64,000 nt of DNA from Firmicutes bacterium ADurb.Bin248 (GTDB taxonomy: Bacteria; Bacillota; Clostridia; Christensenellales; CAG-138). The stretch is taken from NCBI GenBank assembly GCA_002069725.1, contig MWBW01000010.1:1046-65045 (forward strand). Reading direction: 5' to 3'. A model generated the notes under the pieces. That model had not been told where the DNA came from. It made no database searches and saw nothing but the letters and a program-made list of their open reading frames with translations. Shown piece after piece: positions 11,549 through 20,040 of this stretch. The position numbers and the translations under genes were made by a program. Position 1 is the stretch's first letter, and every line of letters begins with the position of its first letter.

Positions 11549-12907
11549 CTAACGCCCCTTGAGGGCTTTATATCTGCTTGCGGCGGCCACGGCGGCGGTC
11601 ATGGTGAGCTTTTCCCTGGCGTCGACCTGGAGATCGACGCAGAGGTTCCTCACCTCCTGCCGGTCGAACGGCTCATCCTGCGTTTCCAGGAGCTCGCACA
11701 CGATGTCTATGAAATCCGCGATGCGCGGATATTTCATCTCGATCGCCAGCGGGAAAGTCCCCGGCGAGCCCGGCTCCCTCGATGTCGCGGCGAGCAGCAC
11801 GTTCTGCGGCAGCCCGCCGCGGCTACAGGCGCAAAGGAGCACCTTGGAGGCGTAGCCGTCCGCATCCACGCCGTCGAGCAGCAGCAAAAAGCGCAGCGGC
11901 TGGCGGCGGAGCCTTTCGATGAGGCCGAACACGTCGGTATGCCCGGGGTCGTCCACGACGGCGACGCGAAGCTCGGGCAGATCCTCCGCGAGGTTGAGCG
12001 CGAGCGCGGTCTTTCCGCAGCCCTCGGGGCCGTAGATCAGCGCGTGGGAGGCGGTCTCCCCGCGCATGAAGGCGATGACGCTTTCGGTGAGCCTGAGCCT
12101 CTGCGCGTCGCAGTACGACACGGGGCAGACCCACGGCGTGCTCTGTGCGGGCGCGAGAGAATCGCCCTTGGCGAAGAACACGCGCGTTTTAAGGAAATCC
12201 CCGCTGCCGTAGGCCGCGAACAAATTCCACAGGTCGTCGCACGCGCCGCGCCAGTCGGGCGACTTGAGCAGCCTCAGGTACACTTCCTCGAGCGCCTCGT
12301 CCGCGGCCCATTCGCCGGGGAAGGACTGCTCGCCGTAATGCCAGGGAAGCCATTCCTGCTCGGGGGGGAGCGCGACGAAAACGGGATGCCCGGAGTTCCC
12401 CTTCTGCTCCTGCTGGACGGCGCGCGGCGCGGAGCCGCTCCAGAGCGCGGTGGACATGGCGGAGATGTCGTCCTTGGGGTAGCGCGAGCGAAGCTGCAAT
12501 TCCCGGTGCCGCTCCTGCGCCATGCGCACGAGGTCCGTGCTCGCGAGCGTCGCAAGCTCGCCCAGCGCCGCGAGGTCCGCCTTCATGGCGAGCTGCTCGG
12601 GCGCCTCGAGGCGGCCCGAGGCCGCCATGCGCGCGAAGGCGTGCTCCCGCTCCAACACGAGCGAGAGGAGATAATCCATGAACAGGTCGCCGCTGACCCT
12701 GCGCGCGCCGCAGCCGAGCAGCGCGCGGGAGAGGTCGTGGTAGACGCGGTATGCGCCCGGCGTATCGCCGAGGCTCAGCGCCAGGGCGAATTCGCGCAAT
12801 ATGTCCAGAGGCCCCCCGGGTTCGTCCCGGAGCACCGTAAGCCTTGATGTGAGCGCCGCGATCCGCTCGGCCCCCTTGGCCGGGTCGCACTCCCTGAAAT
12901 CGCGCAT
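11549..12907 (-). CDS. AAA+/P-loop ATPase, DUF815-like
   Basis: 452 aa. FMRGETASHALIYGPEGCGKTALALNLA (Walker A) and FLLLLDGVD (Walker B). Only 11 bp upstream of cysS, so probably co-transcribed. Confidence 0.55.
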   Translation of the reverse strand: MRDFRECDPAKGAERIAALTSRLTVLRDEPGGPLDILREFALALSLGDTPGAYRVYHDLSRALLGCGARRVSGDLFMDYLLSLVLEREHAFARMAASGRLEAPEQLAMKADLAALGELATLASTDLVRMAQERHRELQLRSRYPKDDISAMSTALWSGSAPRAVQQEQKGNSGHPVFVALPPEQEWLPWHYGEQSFPGEWAADEALEEVYLRLLKSPDWRGACDDLWNLFAAYGSGDFLKTRVFFAKGDSLAPAQSTPWVCPVSYCDAQRLRLTESVIAFMRGETASHALIYGPEGCGKTALALNLAEDLPELRVAVVDDPGHTDVFGLIERLRRQPLRFLLLLDGVDADGYASKVLLCACSRGGLPQNVLLAATSREPGSPGTFPLAIEMKYPRIADFIDIVCELLETQDEPFDRQEVRNLCVDLQVDAREKLTMTAAVAAASRYKALKGR

Positions 12908-12983
12908 CCGTGGCCTCCCAAGTCCTGCCGCCGCTTTTTCCAGCGGATTCTATCATACTAATATAGCATAAAAGGGAACGAAG

Positions 12984-12992
12984 TGGTATAAT
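12984..12992 (+). promoter_or_regulatory. Extended -10 promoter element upstream of murG (TGgTATAAT)
   Basis: TG at 12984-12985 and TATAAT at 12987-12992, 50 nt upstream of the murG ATG. Confidence 0.45.
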
Positions 12993-13042
12993 TATTTCCG
13001 CTTTTATCAACCGGGGACGCGCCTCCCCACCGAAAGGCAAAC

Positions 13043-14161
13043 ATGAAGAAAAAGATCCTTTTCACCGGCGGAGGCACCGCCGGGCACGTCATGCCGAACC
13101 TCGCGCTCTTCCCGCAGCTTCTTGCCGAGGGGTGCGAGCTGCACTACGTCGGCACGAAGGACGGCATCGAGCGCGAACTGATCGAGGGGCGCGCGGGCAT
13201 AACCTACCACGCCATCCGCTCGGGAAAGCTGCGCCGCTATTTCGACTGGAAGAACTTCACCGATCCCTTCCGCGTCGTCGCGGGCGTCGCCGAGGCGGGC
13301 GCCGTCATGCGCAAGGTCAGGCCCGACGTCGTGTTCAGCAAGGGCGGCTTCGTGAGCGTGCCCGTCGTGCTCGCGGCCAGATCGCACGGCGTGCCCGTCG
13401 TGACGCACGAGTCGGACTATACGCCCGGCCTCGCCAACAGGATCAACGCCAGGTTCGCGGCCAAGGTCTGCGTCACCTTCGAGGATACGCTCGTTTACGC
13501 GGGCAACAAGGGCGTGCATACGGGCACGCCCATACGGCCTGAACTGTATCTCGGCAAGCGCGCCAAAGGGCTCGGCTTCCTCGGATTTTCCGGGGAGAAG
13601 CCCGTGCTGCTCGTCATGGGCGGCAGCCTCGGCGCCGCGGCCGTCAACGACGCGGTGCGCGGCGCGCTCGGCGCGCTCACGCAAAGCTTCGACGTCGCGC
13701 ACCTGTGCGGAAAAGATAAGCTTGACGCGAAGCTGCTGTGCGAAAGCTGCTACCGCCAGTTCGAGTTCGTCGGCCCCGAATTGCCCGACGTGTTCGCCGC
13801 GACGGACGTCATCGTTTCCCGCGCGGGCGCGAACGCGGTGTTCGAGTTCCTCGCGCTTGCGAAGCCCGCGCTGCTGATCCCGCTGCCGCTTTCGGCGAGC
13901 CGGGGCGACCAGATACTCAACGCGGGCTACTTCGCGCGAAAAGGCTATTCCATGGTGCTCGAGCAGGAGAAGCTGACGCCGCAAACGCTGCCCGACGCCG
14001 TCAACGACCTGTACGACCGCCGCCTCTCGTTCGTCGCGACCATGAGCGGCGAGGCGCTCGCAGACGGCACGGACGAGGTGCTCTCGGTCCTCCGCTGCGC
14101 GCTCTACGAGAGCAGGCGCAAGAAGCGCGCCTCAGGCAAGCACGGCGATCTTGCCGAGTGA
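13043..14161 (+). CDS. murG: Undecaprenyldiphospho-muramoylpentapeptide beta-N-acetylglucosaminyltransferase
   Basis: 372 aa. MKKKILFTGGGTAGHVMPNLAL (G-loop), LLVMGGSLGA, SRAGANAVFEFLALAKPALLIPLP. Its 3' end overlaps convergent selD by 30 bp. Confidence 0.93.
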   Translation: MKKKILFTGGGTAGHVMPNLALFPQLLAEGCELHYVGTKDGIERELIEGRAGITYHAIRSGKLRRYFDWKNFTDPFRVVAGVAEAGAVMRKVRPDVVFSKGGFVSVPVVLAARSHGVPVVTHESDYTPGLANRINARFAAKVCVTFEDTLVYAGNKGVHTGTPIRPELYLGKRAKGLGFLGFSGEKPVLLVMGGSLGAAAVNDAVRGALGALTQSFDVAHLCGKDKLDAKLLCESCYRQFEFVGPELPDVFAATDVIVSRAGANAVFEFLALAKPALLIPLPLSASRGDQILNAGYFARKGYSMVLEQEKLTPQTLPDAVNDLYDRRLSFVATMSGEALADGTDEVLSVLRCALYESRRKKRASGKHGDLAE

Positions 14162-15169
14162 AGCCTCCCGCACGAACCCCACGCGCCGCGCGAGCGGCGC
14201 TTTTTCTTTGAGCGCGGCCTCAAAAGCATCCGCGTCGGCGGGGTCCATCGCGACGAGCAGCCCGCCGGAGGTCTGCGGATCGAAGAGAAGGTCGGCAAAC
14301 GCCTGCTCCAACCCTTCGGCTTCCACATATGCTTCGGCGAACGCGCGGTTGCGGACCATCCCGCCGGGCAGGAGCCCTTGGCGGGCGAGCTCCAGCGCGC
14401 CGGGCAGCAGCGGGATCGCGGAAGCGGAAAACTCCAGCGCGGCGCCCGAAGCCTCGGCCATCTCGAGCGCATGGCCCATGAGCGAGAAGCCCGTCACGTC
14501 CGTGCAGGCGTGCGCGCGGAAATCCGCCATAACCTCGGCGGCGTATTTGTTGAGGCGCGTCATGCTCTCAACGGCGGCTTTGAGCGATTCCTCCGGGCAG
14601 CGCCCGGCCTTGGCGGCGGTCGTGACGACGCCGCAGCCGAGGGGCTTTGTGAGGAACAGCACGTCCCCGGCCTTCGCGCCCGCATTCGTGAGGATTCTGT
14701 CCGGATGCACGAAGCCCGTGACGCACATGCCGTATTTTGGCTCCTCGTCGAATATGCTGTGGCCGCCCGTGATGAGCGCGCCCGCCTCTCGCGCCGCGTC
14801 GAAGCCGCCGCGCAGGATTTCCTTGACGACCTCGCCCGGCATGTCCTCGGGGATGGCAAGTATGTTCTGCGCGAGTTTCGGCGTGCCGCCCATGGCGTAG
14901 ACGTCCGAGAGCGCGTTGGCCGCGGCGATGCGTCCGTAGGTATACGGGTCGTCCGCGATGGGCGGGAAGAAGTCGAGCGTCTGCACGAGCGCGAGCGTAT
15001 CCGTCACGCGGTAGACAGAGGCGTCGTCCGCGTGGTCGAACCCCACGAGCAGGTTCGGATCGGCCTCGGGCGGAAAATCGCCCAAAAGCTTCGCGAGCGT
15101 GCCCGCGCCGACCTTCGCGCCGCAGCCCGCGCAGTTGGCGAGCTTGGTCAGTTTGACTTCGGTTTCCAT
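14132..15169 (-). CDS. selD: Selenide, water dikinase (Cys-type)
   Basis: 345 aa. KLTKLANCAGCGAKVG N-terminal Cys/Lys active-site loop. DDASVY...QTLDFFPPIADDPYTYGRIAAANALSDVYAMGG is the PurM-like fold. Confidence 0.92.
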   Translation of the reverse strand: METEVKLTKLANCAGCGAKVGAGTLAKLLGDFPPEADPNLLVGFDHADDASVYRVTDTLALVQTLDFFPPIADDPYTYGRIAAANALSDVYAMGGTPKLAQNILAIPEDMPGEVVKEILRGGFDAAREAGALITGGHSIFDEEPKYGMCVTGFVHPDRILTNAGAKAGDVLFLTKPLGCGVVTTAAKAGRCPEESLKAAVESMTRLNKYAAEVMADFRAHACTDVTGFSLMGHALEMAEASGAALEFSASAIPLLPGALELARQGLLPGGMVRNRAFAEAYVEAEGLEQAFADLLFDPQTSGGLLVAMDPADADAFEAALKEKAPLARRVGFVREASLGKIAVLA

Positions 15170-15173
15170 CGAT

Positions 15174-15965
15174 CTATTTCCCTCCGTTCGTGAAATGCAA
15201 GATCGCCTCGAGCGCCGCGCCGCCCAGACTGCGCGCCTTGTCGGACACGGTGAAGCAGGCCTCCCTGTTGCCGCGCGGGTCGACGTCCCCGCTTTTCATG
15301 CCCGCCCGGACGCGGACGCCGTCGGGCAGCAAACCCCTGAGCACGCCCGAAAGCGCGGCTTTTACCGGCGCGCCGCCGACGAGCGCGACGGTTTCCCCGG
15401 CCTCGACCGCGTTGCCGATCTTTTTTATCCCCTTGAATACGCCGTTTGCGGGCGCGCGCAGCACCCGCGCCGCGCCCTGCCCGGCGATCTCCCCCGGCGT
15501 GCCGGTATCCGGTAAAGGCGAACCCTCATAGTATACCCGCCCGAGGTCGTGCCCGCGCATGGTTTCAATTGCGGCATGGCAGTCGAGCCCCGCCGTGAAG
15601 CCGGGGCCGAGGGCGATCACGACCGGCGCGTCTGAAATCCTTGTCCCCGTGTTGCGCTTGGCGAGTATGGCGTCGATGAGCGCGTGCGGGAGAAGCTGTT
15701 CGCGGCATTTCGCCTGTGGGTCGACGAGCACGGCGATATTCCCGCCCTGCGTGATCGCAAGCGCATCCGAAGCGTCCCGCGCGAGGCGCGCCGTCACGCC
15801 CTCGACCGTCGCCTGCCCGTGGCGCACGGCCTCGCTGAAGGCGACCGTCCTTCGTATGGCCGTAGGCGCGGCGATGTCGGTCATCGCGACGCAAAAGCCC
15901 GCGCGCAAAAGCCGTATGGCGACGCCCGTGGCGAGGTCGCCCGCCCCGCGGATCAATACCAGCAT
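15174..15965 (-). CDS. yqeB: Selenium-dependent molybdenum hydroxylase maturation protein, YqeB family (short form)
   Basis: 263 aa. MLVLIRGAGDLATGVAIRLLRAGF N-terminus is typical of the YqeB family as I recall it. It is sandwiched between selD and yqeC, the known conserved context. Confidence 0.72.
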   Translation of the reverse strand: MLVLIRGAGDLATGVAIRLLRAGFCVAMTDIAAPTAIRRTVAFSEAVRHGQATVEGVTARLARDASDALAITQGGNIAVLVDPQAKCREQLLPHALIDAILAKRNTGTRISDAPVVIALGPGFTAGLDCHAAIETMRGHDLGRVYYEGSPLPDTGTPGEIAGQGAARVLRAPANGVFKGIKKIGNAVEAGETVALVGGAPVKAALSGVLRGLLPDGVRVRAGMKSGDVDPRGNREACFTVSDKARSLGGAALEAILHFTNGGK

Positions 15966-15966
15966 G

Positions 15967-16671
15967 TCATTCCCTCCAAATTGCTTTTATGGCGCGCGGT
16001 TCGAGAAGCGCCGCGGCGAGCACCGCGCCCGTCGCGTAAGCCGCGGCGAAGCGCTCCGCCAGGGCGAGCGTTTTTCCATCGTCGACCTGATTGACGACCA
16101 CCGTGCCGCCCGGAAGATACGCCTGCACCGCCCGCGCCGCGAGTTCCGGCGTGACGGCCGCGTCCGGGCCGACGCCGAGCTTCGCGGCGTAAATCTCCGG
16201 CCTGTGCGCGGCCATCGAAATCGTTTTGCCGAAGCCGGACGCGCCCACGACGAAAATAACGCGCGCGCCGCCGGGTATGACGGGTTCGTGCGCCGCGTGC
16301 GCCTTGAGCGGCAGGCGCCGCGCGCCGTCCGCTTCGACGAGCACGTAGTCCGCGAGCCCTGCGAGCTCCCGAAACGGAACCGCGGGCGCGGACAGCTTGC
16401 CTTCCTGCGCAAACGATCCCGCGCAGACGAGCGGATTTTCCGCGAGCGCGGCCGCGATTTCCCCCGCGCCGCCCGTGACGAGCGGGATGCCCTCCGGCGG
16501 CCGTATGCGCGTGCTCGTCGCCACGACGACGCGCGCGCTTTTCGAAAGCTCCCGCGCGAGGCGCAGCATCAGCGTCGTCTTGCCGCCGGAGCCGACGAGG
16601 GCCGTCACGCCCGGCGCGATTTCGAGCGCGCGGGCGACGTTCGTGCGATTGAAAAAGAGGATACTTCTCAT
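15967..16671 (-). CDS. yqeC: Selenium cofactor biosynthesis protein YqeC
   Basis: Start at ATG 16671 (MRSILFF...; the track start at 16716 is a TTG). P-loop-like VTALVGSGGKTTLMLRLA, then YVLVEADGARRLPLKAH. Context is selD-yqeB-yqeC. Confidence 0.72.
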   Translation of the reverse strand: MRSILFFNRTNVARALEIAPGVTALVGSGGKTTLMLRLARELSKSARVVVATSTRIRPPEGIPLVTGGAGEIAAALAENPLVCAGSFAQEGKLSAPAVPFRELAGLADYVLVEADGARRLPLKAHAAHEPVIPGGARVIFVVGASGFGKTISMAAHRPEIYAAKLGVGPDAAVTPELAARAVQAYLPGGTVVVNQVDDGKTLALAERFAAAYATGAVLAAALLEPRAIKAIWRE

Positions 16672-16688
16672 AGCGTTATTCCAGCATG

Positions 16689-16738
16689 AGTATAACACAT
16701 GCGCGGGTCGTGTCAACCGCGCGGCGGTGTGTTATAAT
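16689..16738. promoter_or_regulatory. Back-to-back divergent extended -10 promoters embedded in a nested palindrome
   Basis: TATAACACA (16691-16699) and TGTGTTATA (16728-16736) are perfect reverse complements. An inner inverted repeat pairs GCGCGG (16701-06) with CCGCGC (16717-22). Plus strand reads TGtTATAAT (TATAAT 16733-38) toward the ModE-like gene. Minus strand reads TGtTATACT toward yqeC. Confidence 0.5.
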
Positions 16739-16758
16739 GAAAAAAAGGGAGGCGCATT

Positions 16759-17100
16759 ATGGAGGAAAAGCTCAGATATTCGCTGTGCGTCCGGCTGTTC
16801 CGGGGGGAGAAGTGCTTCGGCCCCGGCATCGCGGAATTGCTTCGCCGCGTGGACGGCGCGCGCAGCCTGCGCGCCGCGGCGGCGGAAATGGGCATGGCCT
16901 ACTCGAAGGCGTGGCGCATCATCAAGGAGTGCGAGGACGCGCTCGGTATGCGCCTGCTGCACTCGACCACGGGCGGGCACGGCGGCGGCGGCGCGGAACT
17001 GACCCCCGGGGGGCGGGACATGCTCGAAAAGTACGAAGCCTTTGCCGGCGGGATCGACGCCGAAGCCGGGAGGCTTATGGGGGAAATCTTTGGCGATTGA
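16759..17100 (+). CDS. ModE N-terminal-domain-like winged-helix regulator (no molybdate-binding domain)
   Basis: 113 aa. GMAYSKAWRIIKECEDALGMRLLHSTTGGHGGGGAELTPGG parallels E. coli ModE GISYKSAWDAINEMN...ERATGGKGGGGAVLTRYG. Confidence 0.7.
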   Translation: MEEKLRYSLCVRLFRGEKCFGPGIAELLRRVDGARSLRAAAAEMGMAYSKAWRIIKECEDALGMRLLHSTTGGHGGGGAELTPGGRDMLEKYEAFAGGIDAEAGRLMGEIFGD

Positions 17101-17229
17101 CGGAGACCAACGGAAATCCATCGCTTTGAACCGCGGATCTTTTTTATGACCGGATGACAGGACATCGTATTTTGAGACATGGCTCTGCGCGCCATGTTAT
17201 TGTAAACTATTCCCTGAAAGGAGGCGCCC

Positions 17230-18696
17230 GTGAACTGGATACAATGCCTGTCGAACGCCGTTCATTATATCGAAGAGCACCTGACCGACGATATCGGCAT
17301 AGACGAAATATCGAGCCGGGCTTATGCGTCAAGCTCGCATTTTCAGCTTATTTTTCATGTGGTGATGGGCATGACCGTCGGCGAGTACATTCGCAACAGG
17401 CGGCTGAGCCTGGCCGCTCAGGATTTATTGCAGCCAAACAGCAGAATCGCCGATGTGGCCGCGCGATACCGGTATGATACGCAGGAGAGCTTTTCCAAGG
17501 CGTTTACGCGGTTTCACGGCGTGCCGCCGTCGAAAGCGCGGCGCGGAAAGGTCAAGCTGTTTCATCCGCTGTCCATTCACGTTACCGTTCAAGGAGGGTT
17601 TGATATGTCCCGTAAACTGATTGACGAATTTTATTGGAGCGACATCGAAGGGCAAAAGGGAGAGAACCGGACGGATGCCGAGAAATACAAGAGGATTGCC
17701 GGCTGGGCGGCGAAAGCGAGGAGGCAAAATCCGGACGTTTTTGATGCGCTGACCGAATGGGTGATGGACGATTCCCAATGGAGCGACGAAAAGCTCGCTG
17801 AAAACGAGCAGATTTTGATGCAGGGCGTGTTTGCGCGGTTCAAAGAACAGAACGCGCGGCTTCGGGCATACCTGTCGGAGCTGGAGCCGTCCGGCGTGGT
17901 GAACGCGGCGGTGTTCAAGGCGTTGGACCGGTTTGACGACGAGCTGTCGGGGGCGGCTTATGACGAGCGGCTGCGGGAGGTGGTGGCCCGGGTGTTCGCC
18001 GACTTTTCCGCCATGCGGGAGCGCGGCGTACGGGAGCGGATCGCGGGGAATAAAACGGGTCCCGCGGGCGTCAACGGCGTGGATTTCTTTGGATATATCA
18101 ATTACCTGAAGGAGTGCGACGCGGGGGTACAGTGGGCGCTGTTTATGCCGGATATGGTCGAGAGGCAGCAAAAGGGCTTCAAAGTGGACAGCTTTGAATA
18201 CAAAAAAATGCCCGCCATGCGCTTTGTCGGGCGGGAAGGCGACGACTTGGCCGATATGGAGGTCCGCAAGGAGCTTTTCCGCGTTCTCGAGGCCATGGGC
18301 GAGTATCAATCGGGCTTTGACTATGATGTTTTGTTCATGCACCATTACGGGAAATGCGTCGACGTCGGCCCTTGGCATGGCTTTTGGGGGCGGTTTATGA
18401 AAGCTGACACGCCCGTGCCGGAAGGCTTTGTTCATTTCGACTTCGTGCCGGACGATACCGATACGCCGTATTTGACTTTCAGGCCGCAATTCGCATTCGC
18501 GAAATTTTCCGGTGACATGGATGCTATGCACAAACGCGAGGGCTATGACGTAGACGCCATGTACGACGTTACCAGAAATATTATACTTGGCCAAGGTGTA
18601 ACCATTCCATATCCTGAACGATACTGGACTGCGGAAGTGTTTCCCGACGGATGCGGCCAATACAGCACCGCTTATATGTTCAGCGCGGAACTGTAG
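17230..18696 (+). CDS. AraC-family transcriptional regulator with large (~370 aa) C-terminal domain of unknown function
   Basis: GTG start. N-terminal HTH_18-type region IDEISSRAYASSSHFQLIFHVVMGMTVGEYIRNRRLSLAAQDL...IADVAARYRYDTQESFSKAFTRFHGVPPS. G+C is visibly lower than the flanks. Confidence 0.7.
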   Translation: MNWIQCLSNAVHYIEEHLTDDIGIDEISSRAYASSSHFQLIFHVVMGMTVGEYIRNRRLSLAAQDLLQPNSRIADVAARYRYDTQESFSKAFTRFHGVPPSKARRGKVKLFHPLSIHVTVQGGFDMSRKLIDEFYWSDIEGQKGENRTDAEKYKRIAGWAAKARRQNPDVFDALTEWVMDDSQWSDEKLAENEQILMQGVFARFKEQNARLRAYLSELEPSGVVNAAVFKALDRFDDELSGAAYDERLREVVARVFADFSAMRERGVRERIAGNKTGPAGVNGVDFFGYINYLKECDAGVQWALFMPDMVERQQKGFKVDSFEYKKMPAMRFVGREGDDLADMEVRKELFRVLEAMGEYQSGFDYDVLFMHHYGKCVDVGPWHGFWGRFMKADTPVPEGFVHFDFVPDDTDTPYLTFRPQFAFAKFSGDMDAMHKREGYDVDAMYDVTRNIILGQGVTIPYPERYWTAEVFPDGCGQYSTAYMFSAEL

Positions 18697-18742
18697 AGGG
18701 CGCGCGGCGCGCGCAGAGAACAAGCAGAATACAAAGTTTTCG

Positions 18743-19510
18743 TCATTTGATCCCGTAGAGCCTCTTTCCGTTCTCCAATGTGACCCGCGCCACATGCTCC
18801 GCCGTCGTATTGCGGATCTCCGCGAGCCGCCGGATTGTGTGGACGATCTTCGAAGGGTCGTTGCGGCGGCCGCGAAACGGTACGGGCGTCAGGTACGGGC
18901 AGTCTGTCTCGACCAAAAGGCGGTCGTCCGGTATGTAGGCCGCGACCTCGAGCAGGCGGCGGGCGTTTTGGAACGTGACCGCGCCGCCGAGCGCGATGTA
19001 AAGGCCGAGCCCGAGGCATTCGCGCGCGGTTTCGACTGAGCCGGAGTAGCAGTGCATCTCGCCGCGAAGGCCGTCGCGGTGCGCGCGCAGGATCTCCATG
19101 CAGTCGCCGAACGCCTCGCGGATGTGGAGCTGCACGGGCAGGTCCAGTTCCCGCGCCAAATCGAGCTGACGGGCGAACATGCGTTTCTGATCCGGTTTTT
19201 CCGAAAGATCATAGTGGTAATCGAGGCCGATCTCGCCGAGGCTTACGGCTTTTTCGTCCGCGAGCGCGGCGCGGAGCTTATCCTCCCAATTTTCACCGGG
19301 GTTCGAGGCGACGTGCGGGTGTATGCCGTAGGCCCCGTAGAGGAAGGGATAGCGGCGCGTCAGTTCCGCGCAAGCGGAGAACTCGTCGGCTTCGCAGGCG
19401 ACGTTGACGCACAGCGCCACGCCCTGTTCGGGCAGGGAGGCGAGAAGCTCCGCGCGGTCCGTATCGAATTTTTCGTCGCACAGGTGCGCGTGCGTGTCGA
19501 AGCAGTTCAA
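18743..19510 (-). CDS. tatD: TatD-family metal-dependent hydrolase
   Basis: (L)NCFDTHAHLCDEKFDTDRAELL, then VQLHIREAF, GEMHCYSGS and LVETDCPYLTP motifs. I place the start at TTG 19510..19508, overlapping the GNAT TGA (TTGA), giving about 255 aa. The longer track ORF (to 19666) would overlap the GNAT gene by 160 nt. Confidence 0.8.
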   Translation of the reverse strand: MNCFDTHAHLCDEKFDTDRAELLASLPEQGVALCVNVACEADEFSACAELTRRYPFLYGAYGIHPHVASNPGENWEDKLRAALADEKAVSLGEIGLDYHYDLSEKPDQKRMFARQLDLARELDLPVQLHIREAFGDCMEILRAHRDGLRGEMHCYSGSVETARECLGLGLYIALGGAVTFQNARRLLEVAAYIPDDRLLVETDCPYLTPVPFRGRRNDPSKIVHTIRRLAEIRNTTAEHVARVTLENGKRLYGIK

Positions 19511-20040
19511 AGCATCAGCTCCATGAGTATTTCGTCGCAATACTGTCCGTTCACGAGTATGTGCTCGCGCCGCCTGCCGCATTCCGCGAAGCCGAAGCGG
19601 CGGTACAGCCCGAGCGCGCGCCCGTTTCCCGCGTGCGCCTCGAGGCAGAGCTTGTGGTAGCCCCACTCCCGCGCGCGGTCTATGGCGAGCGTCATAATGA
19701 TTGCGCCTATGCCAAGGCCCCAGCAGCCTTTGCGTACGGCGATGCCGAAAACGGCGTTCTGGCGAAGGCGCGGCCTGTCGCTGAGCGGATGAACGGAGAA
19801 CATGCCCGCGACTTCCCCGTCGACGAGCGCGAGGAACGCGCCCCGGTCGGGGGCGATCAGCGAGGCGGCGAGTATTTCCCGCTCCTCCTCGAGGCTCTGC
19901 CGCCAGCCGTTCTCATCCGTGCCGAGGAAGTCCGTTTCGCTTCCCATGACCTTTGAAAACGCGAGCAGCGCCGCGGCGTCGTCGGGCTCGGCCTCGCGTA
20001 TGATCAGGCTCTTCCCGTTTTTGATAGGGATCGCCTCCAT
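19507..20040 (-). CDS. GNAT-family N-acetyltransferase
   Basis: 177 aa. FGIAVRKGCWGLGIGAIIMTLAIDRAREWGYHKLCLEAHAGNGRALGLYRRFGF is the acetyl-CoA binding motif A region. Confidence 0.8.
   Translation of the reverse strand: MEAIPIKNGKSLIIREAEPDDAAALLAFSKVMGSETDFLGTDENGWRQSLEEEREILAASLIAPDRGAFLALVDGEVAGMFSVHPLSDRPRLRQNAVFGIAVRKGCWGLGIGAIIMTLAIDRAREWGYHKLCLEAHAGNGRALGLYRRFGFAECGRRREHILVNGQYCDEILMELML

Noticed and set aside
14104-16900. tRNA-Sec, SECIS elements or in-frame TGA selenoprotein genes near selD
   Set aside because: No tRNA-like structure or interrupted ORF with an in-frame TGA was seen in this neighbourhood. SelD itself carries Cys, not Sec, in its active-site loop.
18743-19666. 307-aa version of tatD
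   Set aside because: The extension overlaps the GNAT gene by 160 nt in another frame and adds Arg-rich sequence not found in the TatD family. The DTHAHL motif should be near the N-terminus.
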